Made by a program: the position numbers and the translations under genes | Origin: Betaproteobacteria bacterium | GTDB lineage: Bacteria > Pseudomonadota > Gammaproteobacteria > Burkholderiales > SG8-39 | Direction: 5' to 3' | NCBI GenBank assembly: GCA_016868105.1 | Contig: VGIA01000002.1 | Span: forward strand, 1 to 55,514 | Length of the DNA: 55,514 nt | Notes under the pieces: generated by a model | What the model was told of the DNA's origin: nothing | The model's input: only the letters and a program-made list of their open reading frames with translations | The model's database searches: none | Shown: in pieces, positions 1-10,278 of the stretch | Layout: the number at the start of each line of letters is the position of its first letter | Numbering within the stretch: position 1 is the first letter of the stretch

Positions 1-250
1 CGGTGGCACCCGAGGTCCAAACCAGGTCCTTGGCGTCGCAGCGCACCAGCGCCGCGACCTCCTCGCGTGCCTGCTCCACCGCCTCCTCGGCCTTCCAGCC
101 GAAGGCGTGCGAGCGGCTGGCCGGGTTGCCGAAATGCTCGACCAGATACGGGATCATCTTTTGCGCCACGCGCGGATCCACCGGCGTGGTGGCGGAGTAG
201 TCCAGGTAGATGGGCAGTTTGTGGGCGCTGCCGATGCGATCGGCGCTCAT
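1..250 (-). CDS. iscS: cysteine desulfurase IscS, N-terminal part (gene continues beyond the window start)
   Basis: Minus-strand translation from ATG at 250 reads [65 protein letters not shown], an IscS-type N-terminus. ATGA overlap with the iscR stop at 247-250. Canonical iscR-iscS order. Confidence 0.85.
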   Translation of the reverse strand, partial: MSADRIGSAHKLPIYLDYSATTPVDPRVAQKMIPYLVEHFGNPASRSHAFGWKAEEAVEQAREEVAALVRCDAKDLVWTSGAT

Positions 251-744
251 GCCGCCACCTTTTCCGTCGCCACCGCGGGGGGTCTGTCTGGGCTGTTCTC
301 GCCGGCCCGGCAGTCCTTGATCACCGCGATCGGCTTGCGCTGCTGGTGCGCGACCACGTCGGCGAGAGATACCGAGGACAGGTAGTCATGCATCTTCGCG
401 TTCAGCGTTGCCCACAGGTCGTGCGTCATGCAGCGCTTGTCGTCGTCACCGCAGTTCTCCTTGCCGCCGCACTGCGTGGCGTCGATCGGTTCATCCACCG
501 CGACGATGATCTGGGCCATGGAGATGCTCGCCGCGGGCTTGGCGAGCTTGTAGCCCCCGCCTGGTCCACGCACGCTGTCGACGATCCGGGCGCGGCGCAG
601 CTTGCCGAACAGTTGCTCCAGGTAAGACAGGGAGATGCGCTGGCGCTGGCTGATCGCCGCCAGCGTCACCGGGCCGCGCGTCTGCCGCATGGACAGATCA
701 ACCATCGCGGTGACCGCAAACCGGCCTTTGGTTGTGAGTCTCAT
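247..744 (-). CDS. iscR: Rrf2-family Fe-S cluster regulator IscR
   Basis: 165 aa: [17 protein letters not shown]...[29 protein letters not shown] (winged HTH), plus a Cys cluster CGG..C....C. Lies directly upstream of iscS. Confidence 0.9.
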   Translation of the reverse strand: MRLTTKGRFAVTAMVDLSMRQTRGPVTLAAISQRQRISLSYLEQLFGKLRRARIVDSVRGPGGGYKLAKPAASISMAQIIVAVDEPIDATQCGGKENCGDDDKRCMTHDLWATLNAKMHDYLSSVSLADVVAHQQRKPIAVIKDCRAGENSPDRPPAVATEKVAA

Positions 745-758
745 GGCTGAATTTGCCT

Positions 759-812
759 ATACCCGATTAAGTCGCTCAAGTATACCCAATCCCGACTGAA
801 GCGGTCAAGTAT
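759..812. promoter_or_regulatory. two tandem IscR type-1-like operator sites in the iscR promoter region
   Basis: 759-783 ATACCCGATTAAGTCGCTCAAGTAT and 788-812 AATCCCGACTGAAGCGGTCAAGTAT match about 20-21 of 25 positions of the E. coli type-1 consensus ATASYYGACTRWWWYAGTCRRSTAT (recalled from memory). They sit in the AT-richer 89-bp gap upstream of iscR. Confidence 0.55.
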
Positions 813-833
813 ATGTAAGCCTTTAAGGATCAA

Positions 834-1571
834 CTACTTGATGGCCATGAGCGGGTCGACCTTGGCGTCCCGGGGGTGATCGACGAGCTGCTGCTCCAGC
901 CGGCGAATTTTTTCCGAGAGCGCCGAGACGGTCTGCTCCAGATCCTGTGCGTGCTCCACCAGCGACTGGAGCGTCTTGAGGTAGGGATCTTCCTGGTTCG
1001 GCACCACGCCGTATGCCGCGAACTGGGCCTTGTCGCCCGACTTCTCGCTCCCCTCGACGATCCGCCCCGGCACCCCGACCACGGTGGCCCCAGGCGGTAC
1101 TTCCTTCAGCACCACCGCGTTGGAGCCGACCCTCGCATCGTCGCCCACCGTGAAGCCGCCCAGCACCTTGGCGCCGGCGCTCACCACGACCCGCTTGCCC
1201 AGCGTGGGGTGGCGCTTGGCGCCCCGGAAAAGCGAGGTGCCGCCCAGCGTCACGCCCTGGTAGATGGTGCAGTCATCGCCAATCCGGGAGGTCTCGCCGA
1301 TCACCACGCCCATGCCGTGGTCGATGAACACGCGCCGGCCGAGGACCACGGCCGGATGGATCTCGATGCCGGTGAACCAGCGCGACAGGTGAGACACCAG
1401 CCGCCCGACCCACTTCAGGCCATGGCCCCAGAACCAGTGCGCGATGCGATGCATCCAGACCGCGTGCAGCCCCGGGTAGCAGGTGAGCACCTCCCAGGTG
1501 GAGCGCGCCGCAGGATCGCGCTCGAACACGCTGGCGATGTCCTCGCGCATCTGGCTGAACATGAAAGACAT
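834..1571 (-). CDS. cysE: serine O-acetyltransferase
   Basis: Hexapeptide-repeat transferase with FERDPAA...GIEIHP...[12 protein letters not shown]...IYQGVTLGG motifs. Start placed at MSFMFSQ (ATG 1571); an upstream TTG at 1589 is possible. Confidence 0.85.
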   Translation of the reverse strand: MSFMFSQMREDIASVFERDPAARSTWEVLTCYPGLHAVWMHRIAHWFWGHGLKWVGRLVSHLSRWFTGIEIHPAVVLGRRVFIDHGMGVVIGETSRIGDDCTIYQGVTLGGTSLFRGAKRHPTLGKRVVVSAGAKVLGGFTVGDDARVGSNAVVLKEVPPGATVVGVPGRIVEGSEKSGDKAQFAAYGVVPNQEDPYLKTLQSLVEHAQDLEQTVSALSEKIRRLEQQLVDHPRDAKVDPLMAIK

Positions 1572-1598
1572 CTTACTATGGCCAAGCAAAAACCCCGG

Positions 1599-2342
1599 CT
1601 ATTGCCCCTTGGGCTTGCCTAGCGCGTTCAGCAGACCGCGGAGGATGTTCACCTCCTCGCGCTCGATGTCCAGGCGCGAGAACAGCCGCCTCCAGCGCTC
1701 GCGCAGCCGCGAGTTGGCCGCCGGGTCGAGGAACCGGCTCGCGATCGCGGCCTGCTCCAGGTGCCCGTATAGCCCTTCGAGGTCCCCGATCGTCGCCAGT
1801 TTCCCCGCGCGGTGCGGCGCCGGCACCTGGGTTCCGGCGGCGACGCACAGTTCGTAGGCCACCACCTGCACCGCCTGCGCGAGGTTGAGCGAGCCAAGGT
1901 TGATGGCGCCGGGCCTCTGCGCGGTCGGGATGTGGACAAGATACTGGCAGGCGAAGACTTCGTCCTGCGAAAGCCCGGTGTCCTCGGGGCCGAATACGAA
2001 CGCCACCGGGCCCGCTGCCGCCCGCTCCACCGCCACCAACGCGGCCTCGCGCACCGCGACCACCTGGGGCGACCATTCACGAGGACGCGCGCTCAGCGCT
2101 AGCGCCACCTCGCAACCCTCCAGCGCGTCCTTGAGCGCGGCGTGCACCGGCGCGGCCTCAAGCACGTCCACCGCGTGCGCTGCCAGCCAGCGCGCCTCGG
2201 GCGCCGGATATCCCCCGGGGGCGACCAGCCGCAGGTCGGTGAGGCCCATGGCCTTCATGGCGCGCGCCGCCGAGCCGATGTTGCCAGGGTGGCTCGGGCG
2301 GACCAGTACGATCCGGATCGAAGACCGGGAAGGAGAAGACAT
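1599..2342 (-). CDS. trmJ: SpoU/TrmJ-type tRNA (cytidine/uridine-2'-O)-methyltransferase
   Basis: IRIVLVRPSHPGNIGSAARAMKAMG...FVFGPEDTGLS...IPT......LNLAQAV motifs. Start at MSSPSRS (ATG 2342); the longer ORF-track N-terminus is a low-complexity extension. Conserved position between cysE and suhB. Confidence 0.8.
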   Translation of the reverse strand: MSSPSRSSIRIVLVRPSHPGNIGSAARAMKAMGLTDLRLVAPGGYPAPEARWLAAHAVDVLEAAPVHAALKDALEGCEVALALSARPREWSPQVVAVREAALVAVERAAAGPVAFVFGPEDTGLSQDEVFACQYLVHIPTAQRPGAINLGSLNLAQAVQVVAYELCVAAGTQVPAPHRAGKLATIGDLEGLYGHLEQAAIASRFLDPAANSRLRERWRRLFSRLDIEREEVNILRGLLNALGKPKGQ

Positions 2343-2367
2343 CCTCGCATAATAGAATACGCGCCCC

Positions 2368-3147
2368 ATGCACCCGATGCTCAATACCGCGGTCAAGGCC
2401 GCGCGCCGAGCCGGCTCGATCATCAATCGCGCCGCGCTCAACCGCGAGGGCCTCGAGGTGCGCGCCAAGCACCGCAACGACTTCGTCACCCAGGTGGACA
2501 AGGCCGCGGAGGAGGCGATCCTCGCCATCATCCGCCAGGCCTACCCGGAGCACGCGCTGCTGGCCGAGGAATCCGGCGTGTCGGAGAGCAAAGAATCTGA
2601 GTACCGCTGGATCATCGACCCGTTGGACGGCACCACCAATTTCATCCATGGCTTTCCGCAGTACTGCGTCTCCATCGCCCTGCAGCACCACGGCGTCACC
2701 TTGCACGGCGTGATCTATGACCCGGCGAAGAACGAACTGTTCACCGCCTCGAGGGGCCGCGGCGCCTACCTGGACGACCGCCGCATCCGCGTCACCAGGT
2801 GCGCGCAGCTCAAGGACGCGCTGGTCGGCACCGGTTTCCCGTTCAAGGAACTGGGGCGCCTGGACCAGTATTCGCGCCAGCTGCACAACCTGATGACGCA
2901 CAGCTCAGGCGTTCGCCGCGCAGGGGCGGCGGCGCTTGACCTGGCCTATGTCGCCTGCGGCCGCCTGGATGCGTTCTGGGAGATGGGACTGGCGCCCTGG
3001 GACATGGCGGCGGGCGCGCTCATGATCCAGGAGGCTGGCGGCCTGGTGGGCGACCTCGCCGGCACGCAGGGCTGGCTGGAGAACGGCGACATCGCTGCCG
3101 GCACGCCGAAGGTGTTCCCGCAACTGCTCCAGACGCTGCAGGCTTAA
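2368..3147 (+). CDS. suhB: inositol monophosphatase family protein SuhB
   Basis: 259 aa with [18 protein letters not shown] and WDMAAG motifs of the IMPase family. Divergent from trmJ. Confidence 0.9.
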   Translation: MHPMLNTAVKAARRAGSIINRAALNREGLEVRAKHRNDFVTQVDKAAEEAILAIIRQAYPEHALLAEESGVSESKESEYRWIIDPLDGTTNFIHGFPQYCVSIALQHHGVTLHGVIYDPAKNELFTASRGRGAYLDDRRIRVTRCAQLKDALVGTGFPFKELGRLDQYSRQLHNLMTHSSGVRRAGAAALDLAYVACGRLDAFWEMGLAPWDMAAGALMIQEAGGLVGDLAGTQGWLENGDIAAGTPKVFPQLLQTLQA

Positions 3148-3204
3148 GCGGCTGCGGCGCCGGGACAAGCCTCTATCTTCTTACCCGACAGCTTGCCCCT
3201 GTCG

Positions 3205-3606
3205 TCACAGGAGCCGCAGCACCCGCCTGGCCGGATCAATCTGCACCCGGACGCCATCGGGTACCAGCGCCGTGATGTCGCCCTCGAACCCGGAGAGCAT
3301 CGTCACCGCAGCGAAGGCCGCCCCCTGTGCCAGGATCGGGTTGACGCTGTTGAACACCAGGGCGAGCGGAATGATGCCGCGCGAGGTCATTTCGCGCAGC
3401 ATCCAGGCGCTGGCCACGCCGCCCTTGGCGGTGTCCAGCACCAGAACCTTGCCCACATAGGACTTGCCGGCCAGCTTGTGGGTCGGCCGCGAGAAGGTGC
3501 CGCCGATGCGGTCCAGGTCGTAGCGCGCAGAGAACCCGTCGTTCGCCACCATCGCCGTCCCGGTGACCGGCTTGCCGATGGCGTGCTTTGCAATCAGCTC
3601 CTTCAT
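3205..3606 (-). CDS. aconitase X swivel-domain protein (DUF126, AcnX small subunit)
   Basis: 133 aa from [20 protein letters not shown]...FSRPTHKLAGKSYVGKVLVLDTAKGGVASAWMLREM. ATGA overlap with the DUF521 gene at 3603-3606. Confidence 0.75.
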   Translation of the reverse strand: MKELIAKHAIGKPVTGTAMVANDGFSARYDLDRIGGTFSRPTHKLAGKSYVGKVLVLDTAKGGVASAWMLREMTSRGIIPLALVFNSVNPILAQGAAFAAVTMLSGFEGDITALVPDGVRVQIDPARRVLRLL

Positions 3607-4838
3607 GGCAGGCGCCCTTTTTCCGCGGCCTCGACGCAGCGTTCCATCGAAGCCAGCATCGGCCGGTAGCCGTAGCCGCCCAGGATGTTGACAATCTTGG
3701 TGCTGTTGGTGACGAGGCGCCTCCAGCCGTTCGCCTCCGCGATCTCGCGCGCGTAGGACTGGTAGAAGCACATCCCCGAGAGCACGTGGCCGCCGGCGTC
3801 CTCGATCGACTTGGTGTAGCCGAAGCGGTCGCAGTCGGGCTTGACCTGCGGGCTGGTCACCGCCAGCAGGGGTTTGACGAAGCGCCGGCCCTCGCACAAC
3901 TTCGCCAGGTCGCGCAGTTCATACAGGCTCAATTGCGGCGCGGAAAACACCACCACGTCCACCTCGCCGTCGGCCGGGTAGTGGGCCATCAGCGCCCGCG
4001 CCTCGGCTTCGCCCACACGATGCGCAACCGGCAGCCTGTCGCCACCGCAATCCTCGAGCCGCACGGCCTCGGGCGTGATGCCAGCGAGGTGAAACAGCGC
4101 GATGGAGCCGAAGCTCGCCATCGCGGCGCCGAAATGCTTCATGGCGTCGGAGCCCGGCGCGCCTTCCAATCCTTCGACCAGCGGCACCGACCAGTAATTG
4201 CCGGCCAGCTTGCCGACCACGCCGCCAAGCGCACCCCACTCGTTCAGGGTGCGCGGCGTCCAGTCGGCGCGAATGCGGACCGTGGCGCGGCGCTGCGCGT
4301 CCAAATGAAACCCGTAGCGCGGCGTGCGGCCGGTGAGCCCCGCCGACAATGCAGAGGGCCCGCCCTCGTAGTTGGAGCGCGCGCCGCAAACGGAGTTGGC
4401 AAAAATCACCACACCAGTGTCGCCGAAGGCCACGCTTTCGCCGCGGGTCGGCGCCTGGATGGTCTGGTAGTTGATGCAGGTGTCGGTGAGCGACACGCCA
4501 AGCTTCTGGAACGCGGCGATGGTGCGCCGCTCCAGTTCGAGGAATTTCTCCGGCTGCTTCAGCACCTTCACCTTGGCGAAATCGGTTCCGCGAGGATCGG
4601 TGATGGTGGGGATGCGCACCCTGGCCTTGCCGCCATCCTCCAGGGCCATCTCCTCCAGCCACTTTACCCCTGCTTCGCCCAGGCTCTCGGTATCGGCCAT
4701 GATGTGGGCCTGGGTGACCTCGACGAAATCCGCCGCGCCGAAGTAGTCCCCGACCTGGATCTGGTGCTCGATGGCGATCTGCGGCGCGCGGCCCAGCTCG
4801 CCGGCGCGCATGGCGCCTTCGATCTCGTTGAGTTTCAT
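3603..4838 (-). CDS. aconitase X catalytic-domain protein (DUF521, AcnX large subunit)
   Basis: 411 aa with [22 protein letters not shown] and LSGMCFYQ-type motifs typical of DUF521. Paired with DUF126. Confidence 0.75.
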   Translation of the reverse strand: MKLNEIEGAMRAGELGRAPQIAIEHQIQVGDYFGAADFVEVTQAHIMADTESLGEAGVKWLEEMALEDGGKARVRIPTITDPRGTDFAKVKVLKQPEKFLELERRTIAAFQKLGVSLTDTCINYQTIQAPTRGESVAFGDTGVVIFANSVCGARSNYEGGPSALSAGLTGRTPRYGFHLDAQRRATVRIRADWTPRTLNEWGALGGVVGKLAGNYWSVPLVEGLEGAPGSDAMKHFGAAMASFGSIALFHLAGITPEAVRLEDCGGDRLPVAHRVGEAEARALMAHYPADGEVDVVVFSAPQLSLYELRDLAKLCEGRRFVKPLLAVTSPQVKPDCDRFGYTKSIEDAGGHVLSGMCFYQSYAREIAEANGWRRLVTNSTKIVNILGGYGYRPMLASMERCVEAAEKGRLP

Positions 4839-4867
4839 GGCGGCGATTCTATCTAGAATGTGGCCCC

Positions 4868-7426
4868 ATGAAGCTGGGCGCGCCCGTCGCAGATGCCTTC
4901 TCGGCGCACACGCCGATGATGCAGCAATACCTGCGCCTCAAGGCGCAGCATCCGGACATCCTTTTGTTCTACCGGATGGGCGACTTCTACGAGCTGTTTT
5001 TTGAGGACGCCGAGAAGGGCTCGCGCCTGCTGGACCTGACCCTCACCGCCCGCGGCGCCTCGGCCGGGCAGCCCGTGCGCATGGCCGGTGTCCCGGCGCA
5101 TGCCGTCGAGCAGTACCTCGCCAAGCTGGTGAAGCTGGGCGAATCGGTCGCCATCTGCGAGCAGGTGGGCGACGTCGCCACCGCAAAAGGACCGGTGGAG
5201 CGGCAGGTGACGCGGATCGTCACGCCGGGAACCCTGACCGATTCGGAGTTGCTGGACGAGAAGTCCGAGAACATCCTGCTCGCCCTGTCCGCCGAGAAAG
5301 CCTGCATCGGCCTTGCCTGGCTGTCGCTCGCCAGCGGTGAACTCCGGGTCGCGGAGATTGCGCCCGAGGCGCTCGAGAACGAACTGCGCCGCATCGGGCC
5401 AGCGGAGATCCTGGTCGCCGAGGGCGAAGTCCCCGGCTACGCGGTGACCAAGCTCCCGGCCTGGAACTTCGACTATGAGTCGGCCAAGAAACGCCTGCTG
5501 GAGCAGCTGGGCGCCGCATCGCTGGAGGGCTACGGCATCGAAGACCTGCGCCCCGCCATCGCCGCCTGCGGCGCCCTGCTCGATTACGCGCGCAAGACCC
5601 AGGGACGGGCCCTCGCCCACGTCACCGCGGTCAGCGCGGAGCGCGCCGGCCAGTACCTGCGCATGGACGCGGCGACGCGCCGCAACCTTGAGATCACGGA
5701 AACCCTGCGCGGCGAGCCGGCGCCGACCCTGTTCTCGCTGCTGGACGAATGCGCCACCGGCATGGGCAGCCGGCTGCTGCGCCACTGGCTGCACCACCCG
5801 CTGCGCGACCGCGCCCCCCTCACGGCCCGCCACGGCGCAATCGAGGCGCTCGACAAGGCAGCAGCGCCGATGCACGCGGTCCTGCGCCGGTTCGCCGACG
5901 TCGAGCGCATCGGCGCGCGCATTGCGCTACGCAACGCCCGCCCGCGCGACCTTTCCGGGCTGCGTGCAAGCCTGGCCCGGCTTCCCGACCTCCTCGCCGC
6001 ATTCCCGGCAGAGAAAGCCGGCTTGCTCGCGACCCTCGCCTCCGACCTCGCGCTGCCCGCGCAGTGCCTGGACCTGCTCTCCCGCGCCATCGCCGAGGAT
6101 CCCTCCGCGATGGTGCGCGACGGCGGCGTGTTCGCCGAGGGCTGGTCCGCCGAGCTGGACGAGTTGCGCACGCTGCAGTCGAATGCCGGCGGCTTCCTCA
6201 TCGAACTGGAGGCGCGCGAGCGCGCGCGCACCGGCATCGCCAACCTGAAGGTCGCCTACAACCACGTCCACGGCTACTACATCGAGGTCACCAATGCGCA
6301 GGCGGCGAAGGTGCCGGAGGACTACCGCCGCCGGCAAACGCTGAAGAACGCCGAGCGCTACATCACACCCGAGCTGAAGGCCTTCGAGGACAAGGCGCTG
6401 TCGGCGCGCGACCGCGCCCTCGCGCTGGAGAGGACGCTGTACGACGCGCTGCTGCAGCAATTGCAGCAGCACCTGCCGGCGCTGCAGCGGGTGGCGAGGG
6501 CGCTGGCGCAGTCCGATGTCCTCGCCTGCCTGTGCGCCACCGCCGCGCGGCGCGGCTGGTGCAGGCCGCAGTTCACCGCCGACATCGCGCTGCAGATCGA
6601 AGCCGGCAGACACCCGGTGGTGGAGGCGCGCATCGAGGCCGAGAGCGGCCGCTTCGTCCCGAATGACGTGCGACTGTCGCCCGCGCGCCAGCTGCTGCTC
6701 ATCACCGGCCCGAACATGGGCGGCAAGTCCACGTATATGCGCCAGGTGGCGCTGATTGCGCTGCTCGCGCACGCCGGCAGCTACGTGCCGGCGAAGTCGG
6801 CGCGCCTGGGGCCCATCGACCAGATCTTCACCCGGGTCGGCGCCTCGGATGACCTCGCCGGGGGCCGTTCCACCTTCATGGTCGAGATGACCGAGAGCGC
6901 CAACATCCTGCACAACGCCACCGCGCACAGCCTGGTGCTGATGGACGAGGTCGGGCGCGGCACCTCCACCTTCGACGGCCTCGCGCTGGCATGGGCGATC
7001 GCGCGCCACCTGGTGGAGAAGAGCCGTCCGCTGACGCTGTTCGCCACCCATTACTTCGAACTGACGCGCCTCGCGCTGGAGCACCGCACCGTGGCCAACA
7101 TCCACCTGGATGCGGTCGAGCACAAGGACACGGTGGTGTTCCTGCACGCGGTCGAGGAAGGCCCGGCCTCGCGCAGCTACGGCCTGCAGGTGGCCGCGCT
7201 GGCAGGGGTGCCCAAGCCCGTGATCCGCCAGGCGAAGATGTACCTGGAAAGGCTGGAGCAGCAGAGCCTGCGGCAGGGCGGGCAGGACGACCTGTTCCTG
7301 AAACCGGCGCCCGCCGAGCCCGAACCCGCCACCGACCCCTTGCGCGAGGCGATGCAGCAGCTTTGCCCGGATGAGCTCAGTCCGCGCGAGGCGCTTGAGT
7401 TGCTTTACCGGTTGAAGAAAGTCTGA
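4868..7426 (+). CDS. mutS: DNA mismatch repair protein MutS
   Basis: 852 aa: N-terminal [34 protein letters not shown], Walker [14 protein letters not shown], and STFMVEM / [12 protein letters not shown] motifs. Confidence 0.97.
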   Translation: MKLGAPVADAFSAHTPMMQQYLRLKAQHPDILLFYRMGDFYELFFEDAEKGSRLLDLTLTARGASAGQPVRMAGVPAHAVEQYLAKLVKLGESVAICEQVGDVATAKGPVERQVTRIVTPGTLTDSELLDEKSENILLALSAEKACIGLAWLSLASGELRVAEIAPEALENELRRIGPAEILVAEGEVPGYAVTKLPAWNFDYESAKKRLLEQLGAASLEGYGIEDLRPAIAACGALLDYARKTQGRALAHVTAVSAERAGQYLRMDAATRRNLEITETLRGEPAPTLFSLLDECATGMGSRLLRHWLHHPLRDRAPLTARHGAIEALDKAAAPMHAVLRRFADVERIGARIALRNARPRDLSGLRASLARLPDLLAAFPAEKAGLLATLASDLALPAQCLDLLSRAIAEDPSAMVRDGGVFAEGWSAELDELRTLQSNAGGFLIELEARERARTGIANLKVAYNHVHGYYIEVTNAQAAKVPEDYRRRQTLKNAERYITPELKAFEDKALSARDRALALERTLYDALLQQLQQHLPALQRVARALAQSDVLACLCATAARRGWCRPQFTADIALQIEAGRHPVVEARIEAESGRFVPNDVRLSPARQLLLITGPNMGGKSTYMRQVALIALLAHAGSYVPAKSARLGPIDQIFTRVGASDDLAGGRSTFMVEMTESANILHNATAHSLVLMDEVGRGTSTFDGLALAWAIARHLVEKSRPLTLFATHYFELTRLALEHRTVANIHLDAVEHKDTVVFLHAVEEGPASRSYGLQVAALAGVPKPVIRQAKMYLERLEQQSLRQGGQDDLFLKPAPAEPEPATDPLREAMQQLCPDELSPREALELLYRLKKV

Positions 7427-7427
7427 C

Positions 7428-8255
7428 GTGGAGCTGATCGACATCGGCGCGAACCTCACCCACGCCGCCTTCCACGGCGACCTTGACGAGGTGGTCGGCC
7501 GCGCGCGTGCAGCGGGCGTCGGCGAGATGATCGTCACCGGCACCGGGGTCGGGGAGAGCCGGGCCGCCGTGGCACTCGCCGCGGCCCACCCCGGCCTCTA
7601 CGCCACCGCCGGCGTTCATCCCCACCACGCGCGCGATTGCGGCGAGGCCACCATTGCCGCGTTGCGCGAGATCGCCCGCCATCCGAAGGTGGTCGCGATC
7701 GGCGAGTGCGGCCTGGACTTCAACCGCAACTACTCCCCGCAGCCGAGCCAGGAGCAATGGTTGCTGGCGCAGCTGGAACTGGGCATCGAGCTGGGAAGGC
7801 CGCTGTTCCTGCACTCGCGCGACGCGCATCCGCGTTTCGCCGACATCCTCAGGGCGCACCGACCGGCGAAAGCGGTGGCGCACTGCTTCACCGGGGAGAA
7901 GGCGGAGCTGCACGCGTACCTGGACCTTGGCCTTTACATCGGCATCACCGGCTGGATCTGCGACGAGCGGCGCGGACGGCACCTGCTGGAACTGGTGCGC
8001 GACATCCCGCGCGACCGCCTGCTGCTGGAGACCGACGCGCCCTACCTCACGCCGCGCGACCTCAAGCCCCAGCCCAAGGCCCGTCGCAATGAGCCCGCTT
8101 TCCTGCCGCACATTGCCCGCGCCGTTGCCCGTGCGCTGGGCCGGCCGGCCGAGGACGTCGCCCGCGAAACGTCACGCAACGCACGAGCATTCTTCTGCCT
8201 TCCAGACCATGAACCTCGCTCACCTGCTCCATCGCAGCGCACGCTGGCTGCCTGA
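7428..8255 (+). CDS. TatD-family metal-dependent hydrolase
   Basis: GTG start 1 nt after the mutS stop. IDIGANLTH...GVHPHHA...IGECGLDF...LHSRDA...ETDAPYLTP motifs. Confidence 0.8.
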   Translation: MELIDIGANLTHAAFHGDLDEVVGRARAAGVGEMIVTGTGVGESRAAVALAAAHPGLYATAGVHPHHARDCGEATIAALREIARHPKVVAIGECGLDFNRNYSPQPSQEQWLLAQLELGIELGRPLFLHSRDAHPRFADILRAHRPAKAVAHCFTGEKAELHAYLDLGLYIGITGWICDERRGRHLLELVRDIPRDRLLLETDAPYLTPRDLKPQPKARRNEPAFLPHIARAVARALGRPAEDVARETSRNARAFFCLPDHEPRSPAPSQRTLAA

Positions 8256-9678
8256 GGCGCCGGCGCTGGCGCTGGGCGAAGGCGCCACCGCCGGCTACGG
8301 CGAATTGTCGCGCCGCGTCGCATCGCTGGCCGGCGGCCTGCGCGGCCGGCTCGGTCTGGAGCCCGGCGACCGTGTCGCGCTGGCGATGAAGAACTGCCCC
8401 GAGTATTGGGAGGTCCTGTTCGCCTGCTGGCATGCGGGCCTGGCAGCGGTGCCGATGAACGCCAAGCTGCATCCGAGGGAGTTCGAGTACATCCTCGGCA
8501 ACTGCGGCGCGAAGGCCTGCTTCGCGACGCCCGATCTCGCCGGGGAGATCGCCGGCGTGGAGACGATTGCCACCGGCAGCGCCGAGTACCGCCGGCTGGA
8601 GGCGGTCGCAATCCCGGTTGCGGAAACCGCCCCCGGCGACCTCGCCTGGCTGTTCTACACCAGCGGCACCACCGGCGTGCCCAAGGGCGCGATGCTGACG
8701 CAGCGCAACCTCTTGTTCGCGGTGCAGGCCTACTTCGCCGACATCGACAAGCTCGGGCCGCAGGACGCGATCCTGCACGCGGCACCGCTATCGCACGGCT
8801 CCGGCCTCTACGGGCTGCCCCATTTCGCCGCGGGCGCGGTGAACGTGATCCCGGAGAGCGGCGGCTTCGACGCCGGGGAGATGTTCAGGCTGCTGGAGCG
8901 CTGGCCGGGCGCCTCGTTCTTTGCCGCGCCCACCATGGTGGTGCGCATGCTCGCGAGCCCCGCTGCCCGCGCGCCGCGCCACCTGAAGACCATCACCTAC
9001 GGCGGCGCGGCGATGTACGTCGCCGACGCGCTGCGCGCCATCGATCTGTTTGGCGGCGAGCGCCTGTACCAGCTGTTCGGCCAGGGCGAGAGCCCGATGA
9101 CCATCACCGGCCTGCCGCAGTCGTGCCATGTGCGGCGCGAGAAGCTCGAATCCTGCGGCCTGGCGCGCACCGGCGTGGAAGTGAGGGTGGTGGATGGCGA
9201 GGACTGCGACCTGCCTCCCGGCGAGACCGGCGAGATCCTCACCCGCTCCGACTGCGTCATGGCCGGCTACTGGGAGAACCCCGGCGCAACCGGGCAGGCC
9301 CTGCGCGGCGGCTGGCTGCACACCGGGGACCTGGGGTCGCTCGATGCCGCGGGCTTCCTCACCCTGCGCGACCGCTCCAAGGACATGATCATCTCCGGCG
9401 GCTCGAACATCTACCCGCGCGAGATCGAGGAAGTGCTGCTGCGCCACCCGGCGGTGGCCGAGTGCGCCGTCGTCGGGCGGGCGCACCCGGAATGGGGCGA
9501 GGAAGTGGTCGCCTTCGTGGTCCGGCGCCAGGCCGCGGTGGGCGCCGGGGAGCTCGATGCCCTGTGCCTGGAGAACATCGCCCGCTTCAAGCGCCCGCGC
9601 GAATACCGCTTCGTGGAGAGCCTGCCCAAGAACAACTACGGCAAAGTCCTCAAGACCGAGCTGCGCAAGCTCCTATAA
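8209..9678 (+). CDS. AMP-dependent synthetase/ligase (acyl-CoA synthetase family)
   Basis: Start at MNLAHLL (ATG 8209) inside the longer track ORF. FYTSGTTGVPKG, TGDLG and ISGGSNIYPREIE motifs. Confidence 0.85.
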   Translation: MNLAHLLHRSARWLPEAPALALGEGATAGYGELSRRVASLAGGLRGRLGLEPGDRVALAMKNCPEYWEVLFACWHAGLAAVPMNAKLHPREFEYILGNCGAKACFATPDLAGEIAGVETIATGSAEYRRLEAVAIPVAETAPGDLAWLFYTSGTTGVPKGAMLTQRNLLFAVQAYFADIDKLGPQDAILHAAPLSHGSGLYGLPHFAAGAVNVIPESGGFDAGEMFRLLERWPGASFFAAPTMVVRMLASPAARAPRHLKTITYGGAAMYVADALRAIDLFGGERLYQLFGQGESPMTITGLPQSCHVRREKLESCGLARTGVEVRVVDGEDCDLPPGETGEILTRSDCVMAGYWENPGATGQALRGGWLHTGDLGSLDAAGFLTLRDRSKDMIISGGSNIYPREIEEVLLRHPAVAECAVVGRAHPEWGEEVVAFVVRRQAAVGAGELDALCLENIARFKRPREYRFVESLPKNNYGKVLKTELRKLL

Positions 9679-9700
9679 TCCCGGCCCCATCAACCCACGG

Positions 9701-9845
9701 CCGGTGATGCTGGCGACGGACGAGGCGTAAGACATCCGCAGGCTGTTCGGGGTCCGGCTGAAGAAGGACCACGAGCTCAGGTTCGCCGCGACCGGCGCGG
9801 AGACGCTCTCGCAGGCCCAGCACCGATCCCCTGCCGGACCTGATC
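9701..9845 (+). pseudogene. decayed fragment of a response-regulator receiver domain
   Basis: Reads PVMLATDEA*DIRRLFGVRLKKDHELRFAATGAETLSQAQHR, then PDLI in a shifted frame. It resembles the receiver N-terminus (xxLVVDDExDIRRL...A.dG.eAL......PDLIllD), but has an in-frame TAA and a frameshift and is cut off by fdxA. Confidence 0.35.
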
Positions 9846-9850
9846 GGCCG

Positions 9851-10189
9851 TTATTCACCCTTCCCGGGATTCGGGGTGAAATACTTCTCGTACTTGCCCT
9901 TCACTTCCTTCCAGTCATCGGCGTCCGGCGGCGGCGTGCCCTTGCGAGTGATGTTGGGCCATTTCACCGCGTACTCGGTGTTGAGCGGCAGCCAGGCTGC
10001 CGCCTTCGCATCCGAATCCGGCACGATGGCCTTGGGCGGGCATTCGGGCTCGCACACGCCGCAGTCGATGCACTCGTCCGGATGGATGACGAGCATGTTC
10101 TCGCCCTCGTAGAAGCAGTCCACGGGGCAGACTTCGACGCAGTCCATGTGCTTGCACTTGATGCAGTCTTCGGTGACGACGTAGGTCAT
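9851..10189 (-). CDS. fdxA: 7Fe ferredoxin (FdxA type)
   Basis: 112 aa: [51 protein letters not shown]. Start at ATG 10189. Confidence 0.9.
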   Translation of the reverse strand: MTYVVTEDCIKCKHMDCVEVCPVDCFYEGENMLVIHPDECIDCGVCEPECPPKAIVPDSDAKAAAWLPLNTEYAVKWPNITRKGTPPPDADDWKEVKGKYEKYFTPNPGKGE

Positions 10190-10278
10190 TGGCTCGGGAA
10201 GGTCGGTGGATGCGAAAAAAACGCGATTATCGCACCCTGGCGCACAAAGTCGAACGCCGCGCGCCGGCCGCCTGCACT

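Noticed and set aside
7654-9678. 674-aa ORF suggesting a large TatD-overlapping protein
   Set aside because: The first ~185 codons are an out-of-frame read through tatD. Acyl-CoA synthetase similarity begins at MNLAHLL (ATG 8209).
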